A DNA stretch of 64,000 bases, taken from assembly GCF_964204645.1 (NCBI RefSeq), contig NW_027437431.1:177463-241462 (forward strand). The letters run 5' to 3'. This stretch comes from Tubulanus polymorphus. Taxonomy: Eukaryota; Animalia; Nemertea. Shown here piece by piece: positions 59,717 to 64,000 of this stretch (within the stretch, counting starts at the first letter, position 1; the number at the start of each line of letters is the position of its first letter). A model generated the notes under the pieces. It was given only the letters and a program-made list of their open reading frames with translations. It searched no databases and was not told the DNA's origin. The translations under genes were made by a program, and so were the position numbers.

Positions 59717-60799
59717 ATGCCATCGTTGAAACGGAGGCGAAACGGATTTACATTGCCCGGTTTACCACATTGCGGTCCATTCAACGATATATCCAGTTAC
59801 AAAAGCGAAGGAATAGACGAAGTGTGCCGTATTCACGACAAAGAGTACGGAGAACTGCAAGAGAAATACGGTAAATGGGCTCCGTACTTCCAGTACAATT
59901 CAGCGGATCAGACATTTTTGGACAGTGCTTCGGGTGTGAACGGTGTAGGTGCGAGACTAACGTCGAGTGTATTCAGAGCAAAACGGGCGTTATTTCCAAC
60001 AATGGCGGAAGAACCGGCATTAAAAAGATCAAAGAGAACGGCGGAAACGGGGAGCGAAGAAGGGAACGCCCAACAAATGATGACTCACATGACGGAAAAG
60101 CCGTCACTACACTATAAGAGCGTGTTAATACATAGAGGTTACCTAACGTTTACGAATTGGGATCCGGACCAGGCGTACGGAGCATTCGGAAGAAAAGCGA
60201 AGATTTACTGTTCGGGAATGAGAACGTTTAACTTCGGATTAAAAGAAAGAGAAGGATGGAGAAGATTTCCAGCCAGCATGGATACCATAGGGATGTGGGA
60301 TCAATTCAAAGTGACTTCGGGTAAAATAACGTTATACCCCATAGCGAGCGAAAGCGCGGTAAGCTCTGATTCGAACGCGTTCCAAGATCCGATAGTATGG
60401 TTAAAGACGGCAGCCGATTGGGACTTGAAAGTGAAAGACTCGGCCGCCAATACTCACCAGGGATCGCCGTACGCCGATATAAATTTATTAACTCAAAAGC
60501 AAAGCTACAGGCAATACGAATTAGGTCGGGGATGCGTTAGCATGGGATTACCCATGTCGACCATAAGAACCGAAATACAAGACACGAGTGACCCGACAGA
60601 CGTTACCAGATCGGTGAATATCGGGGATAACTCGGCGTGGTTAGACGGAGCGTACCGCGATCATTGGCAATCAGCCGCGCTCATTATGCAAATGTTAGTG
60701 TACAACGATTCGATACACGCGGATTTAAACACGCCCCATACAGAAATTATCGTTCCAGCGGAAGTGGAGTTTACGATGATTCATAGAAACAGAGTATAA
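59717..60799 (+). CDS. Viral PLA2-capsid protein, copy 6
   Basis: Identical protein to copy 1. Confidence 0.85.
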   Translation: MPSLKRRRNGFTLPGLPHCGPFNDISSYKSEGIDEVCRIHDKEYGELQEKYGKWAPYFQYNSADQTFLDSASGVNGVGARLTSSVFRAKRALFPTMAEEPALKRSKRTAETGSEEGNAQQMMTHMTEKPSLHYKSVLIHRGYLTFTNWDPDQAYGAFGRKAKIYCSGMRTFNFGLKEREGWRRFPASMDTIGMWDQFKVTSGKITLYPIASESAVSSDSNAFQDPIVWLKTAADWDLKVKDSAANTHQGSPYADINLLTQKQSYRQYELGRGCVSMGLPMSTIRTEIQDTSDPTDVTRSVNIGDNSAWLDGAYRDHWQSAALIMQMLVYNDSIHADLNTPHTEIIVPAEVEFTMIHRNRV

Positions 60800-61021
60800 T
60801 ATGATAATAACTTTCCTATTCTTGGCATCCGGTTTCCTACACGAGTACAAGTGGCACGTATATACTAAACGTATCATGAGTAGAACGCAACGATTCATGA
60901 AAATAAGAGACGAAGTGGCGAACGAGTGGGTCATCAAACACGACGTCAACGAAAATCGGGTACTAAGGGAACAACACATTACAGAAGTAGCGAAAAGGAT
61001 ATTCTACTACCGGGAAAAACA

Positions 61022-62425
61022 ATGGGAACTAAGTCGAGAAACTGGTCGTTCACAACCGACAATCGAGCAGAAGTCTGCCTCGAAAGTCAAATCGGAACGT
61101 CAACAGTAACCGTACACATAGGTCCGCAAGAAGATCCGGACGGTTACGCGCACGGAGTAATAATAACGTTAGCCAAAGGTACGCAACGACCGTTGAAACA
61201 GAGCGAAAACGCGATTAGACAACTGTTACACTCGCTAGGCATTAGATTAGTTAACGACTACATCAAACCGACGGAAAAATTAGGCGCCTACATTCAATAC
61301 ATGTACAAAGAAGCCGACAAAATACCGGAAGAATTACGAGGTCACTTGGAGGTGAAAAACTCGAAAACGAACGACGACTTTTTCGGCCAAAAGATAAACG
61401 CGTTATACGCGGAATACCAACAAAGACCGGGACTAGCCGATTGGACGGCGAGAATAGTGAAGGAGTTCGGTTACAACGTACCCGAACTGAAAGTGAAAAG
61501 ATCGTTTAAAAATTGGCCGGTAAGGGTAAAAGATATTACGAGAAACGCGGGTGACTTTGCGTTGAAAATGACGGACATAACAGAGCCGAAATTGACGCCG
61601 GAAATGGGAGTAGAAATTATAACGAAATGCCTGGATAACGTTCAATCGGCGATGTGGGATGGTAAACATATAAATAAACGTGACCTGCTGGTAATATTGG
61701 TGAACGCGGCGATCGAGGGAGGTACGAGTAAAATCAGAAACGCGCCTCATATAATATTTTACGGAGATGCCGGGTCTGGTAAATCGATGTTGGCTAAATT
61801 ATTGTTCCCGGATTCGATTACGAGCCAAATGCCGACGGATTCGGAAGGCGTAGGAGCGTGCGAGATGGGAGGAGGACAACGTATATTCAAAGTCGACGAC
61901 GCCAGCGACGCTTTTTGGCACAACTCGGGGTTGTTGTCGATGATACTCGCGATGTACCAGTCCACCTGGGAGGCAAAAGTACATTCTAGTAAACAAAGTA
62001 ACCCGCCGTGTATGACGGTAATTACGACGAATTGTAAGAATCCGTTAGAGAAGTTCGCCTCTACAGTAGCTTTGGAAGCTGTGGAAAGGAGATTCTTGTC
62101 GGTGTATTTCAAAGGTAAAGCAGATTTGGGAAACGTAGTTTACGACATTACGCCGGGCGTATGCGAAGAAATATTAGAAATAATAGTTAACGAAATTAGA
62201 CAAGGTAGATATCTGGACAACCAAGTCCACTTGGACGACTGGGAAACGGATGATGACGTGGTGATACCGTTCGAAAAAGAAAGAAACTTCATCGAAGCGT
62301 ACCACGTAGGTCACATGTCGGACGCGATGCATCAGAATATGGAGGAAAGGTTAAAACGTAAACGTAAAGAAGAAGACGATACGAATGAAACTCTTAAGTT
62401 CGCTAAACGCGGGGAAATCCTGTAG
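61022..62425 (+). CDS. Viral Rep, copy 6
   Basis: Identical protein to copy 1. Confidence 0.9.
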   Translation: MGTKSRNWSFTTDNRAEVCLESQIGTSTVTVHIGPQEDPDGYAHGVIITLAKGTQRPLKQSENAIRQLLHSLGIRLVNDYIKPTEKLGAYIQYMYKEADKIPEELRGHLEVKNSKTNDDFFGQKINALYAEYQQRPGLADWTARIVKEFGYNVPELKVKRSFKNWPVRVKDITRNAGDFALKMTDITEPKLTPEMGVEIITKCLDNVQSAMWDGKHINKRDLLVILVNAAIEGGTSKIRNAPHIIFYGDAGSGKSMLAKLLFPDSITSQMPTDSEGVGACEMGGGQRIFKVDDASDAFWHNSGLLSMILAMYQSTWEAKVHSSKQSNPPCMTVITTNCKNPLEKFASTVALEAVERRFLSVYFKGKADLGNVVYDITPGVCEEILEIIVNEIRQGRYLDNQVHLDDWETDDDVVIPFEKERNFIEAYHVGHMSDAMHQNMEERLKRKRKEEDDTNETLKFAKRGEIL

Positions 62426-63122
62426 TTGGCAATGTAAATAAATCTATAAATAGAATTCTATAAATTTCTCAATTCGTTACTACCAGTGGACCCGCAGACC
62501 CGCGGACCCACTGGCTGTTCGTTTTTCATGGTCTACCCCCCCTTATATATATAATAAGGAAAGAGAAGGAGGGTCCGCGGGTCCGCGGGTCTGCGGTATT
62601 CTCTAAACCGAGAATCGAAAAGTTAATGAAACTAGGTCGGAAAGATAACAAATTATTATTCAATATATCCTAAAGCTTCTACGAGGTTGGTCACGCGCTC
62701 GCTACGCTCGCCAGCGTGACACAACCTCGTGGACGCTCCAAAGATAATGAGTATGTGCTTGATAATGAGTGAATTAATTGGGAACCCTATAGCGGGTAAA
62801 AGGTAAGAAGTAGAAATTATAGGGTTAGGGGTTATCATTATACTCGGATGCCCACAGCCCGTGGTGGTCTGTGACAGTGGAGGTTAGTTAAAGTTCGAGG
62901 CGTGTGACTAGTCGGGGGGAATAACATAGGCGGCTACGCCGCGATAGTTAGTCGGCAAGGTCGGCTGCGCCTCCGGCGGTACAGATTACATCTGAGTGTA
63001 TTAGTCTACCAACGGAAGCCCAAACCCTAAATAATATTAGTCGGAAAAATCTGAGTTAGAGGGTCGCAACCGGTTCAAACAATTTAACATCTCATACAGG
63101 TGACTCGTACTTTTAGTATCAA

Positions 63123-64000
63123 ATGCCATCGTTGAAACGGAGGCGAAACGGATTTACATTGCCCGGTTTACCACATTGCGGTCCATTCAACGATATATCC
63201 AGTTACAAAAGCGAAGGAATAGACGAAGTGTGCCGTATTCACGACAAAGAGTACGGAGAACTGCAAGAGAAATACGGTAAATGGGCTCCGTACTTCCAGT
63301 ACAATTCAGCGGATCAGACATTTTTGGACAGTGCTTCGGGTGTGAACGGTGTAGGTGCGAGACTAACGTCGAGTGTATTCAGAGCAAAACGGGCGTTATT
63401 TCCAACAATGGCGGAAGAACCGGCATTAAAAAGATCAAAGAGAACGGCGGAAACGGGGAGCGAAGAAGGGAACGCCCAACAAATGATGACTCACATGACG
63501 GAAAAGCCGTCACTACACTATAAGAGCGTGTTAATACATAGAGGTTACCTAACGTTTACGAATTGGGATCCGGACCAGGCGTACGGAGCATTCGGAAGAA
63601 AAGCGAAGATTTACTGTTCGGGAATGAGAACGTTTAACTTCGGATTAAAAGAAAGAGAAGGATGGAGAAGATTTCCAGCCAGCATGGATACCATAGGGAT
63701 GTGGGATCAATTCAAAGTGACTTCGGGTAAAATAACGTTATACCCCATAGCGAGCGAAAGCGCGGTAAGCTCTGATTCGAACGCGTTCCAAGATCCGATA
63801 GTATGGTTAAAGACGGCAGCCGATTGGGACTTGAAAGTGAAAGACTCGGCCGCCAATACTCACCAGGGATCGCCGTACGCCGATATAAATTTATTAACTC
63901 AAAAGCAAAGCTACAGGCAATACGAATTAGGTCGGGGATGCGTTAGCATGGGATTACCCATGTCGACCATAAGAACCGAAATACAAGACACGAGTGACCC
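63123..64000 (+). CDS. Viral PLA2-capsid protein, copy 7 (cut by window end)
   Basis: ATGCCATCG at 63123; sequence matches the other copies up to the window edge. Confidence 0.8.
   Translation, partial: MPSLKRRRNGFTLPGLPHCGPFNDISSYKSEGIDEVCRIHDKEYGELQEKYGKWAPYFQYNSADQTFLDSASGVNGVGARLTSSVFRAKRALFPTMAEEPALKRSKRTAETGSEEGNAQQMMTHMTEKPSLHYKSVLIHRGYLTFTNWDPDQAYGAFGRKAKIYCSGMRTFNFGLKEREGWRRFPASMDTIGMWDQFKVTSGKITLYPIASESAVSSDSNAFQDPIVWLKTAADWDLKVKDSAANTHQGSPYADINLLTQKQSYRQYELGRGCVSMGLPMSTIRTEIQDTSD

Larger units (their letters stand above)
42417..64000 (+). mobile_element. Head-to-tail array of a 3,406-bp viral genome (endogenous CRESS/parvo-like hybrid virus); units start at 42417, 45823, 49229, 52635, 56041, 59447, 62853 (last incomplete)
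   Basis: Exact 3,406-bp periodicity of all ORFs. Each unit has capsid(PLA2), small ORF, Rep(HUH/SF3) and a non-coding region. Confidence 0.92.

Noticed and set aside
42417-64000. Conventional parvovirus/densovirus EVE
   Set aside because: cap precedes rep, the capsid is far too short, Rep motif I is CRESS-like, copies are head-to-tail and no long terminal palindromes are seen.

Overview
AT-rich eukaryotic (probably invertebrate animal) genomic DNA. 1-42.4 kb is a dense stack of nested transposable elements. These include a 4.6-kb non-autonomous Polinton/Maverick-like element with 1.8-kb gene-bearing TIRs and a 6-bp TSD, a Ty3/Gypsy protease remnant, and a DIRS element split by a near-full-length CR1/L2-group LINE. 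There is also a Helentron split by a long-TIR element, CR1, Sola1-like and piggyBac remnants, MITEs, a satellite-bearing element, a second DIRS and a BEL/Pao 5' LTR + gag. Three phase-compatible terminal exons of a host gene ending in a DUF3883 (NO VEIN C-terminal-like) domain lie on the minus strand. The standout feature runs from 42,417 to the window end: a head-to-tail array (6 full copies + part of a 7th) of a 3,406-bp, apparently intact small DNA virus genome, joined to the BEL gag ORF. Each unit carries three genes on one strand. The first is a 360-aa capsid protein with a parvovirus-type phospholipase A2 (VP1u) domain followed by a short region with a CRESS/circovirus-capsid-like motif. 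The second is a small overlapping ORF. The third is a CRESS-like HUH/SF3-helicase Rep with an atypical motif II. A ~0.7-kb control region follows, with inverted 8-bp iterons around an AT-rich core and several hairpins. It looks like a recently integrated concatemer of a hybrid CRESS/parvo-like virus; an assembly chimera with episomal DNA must be excluded. All family calls are from motif recognition by eye; no searches were run.
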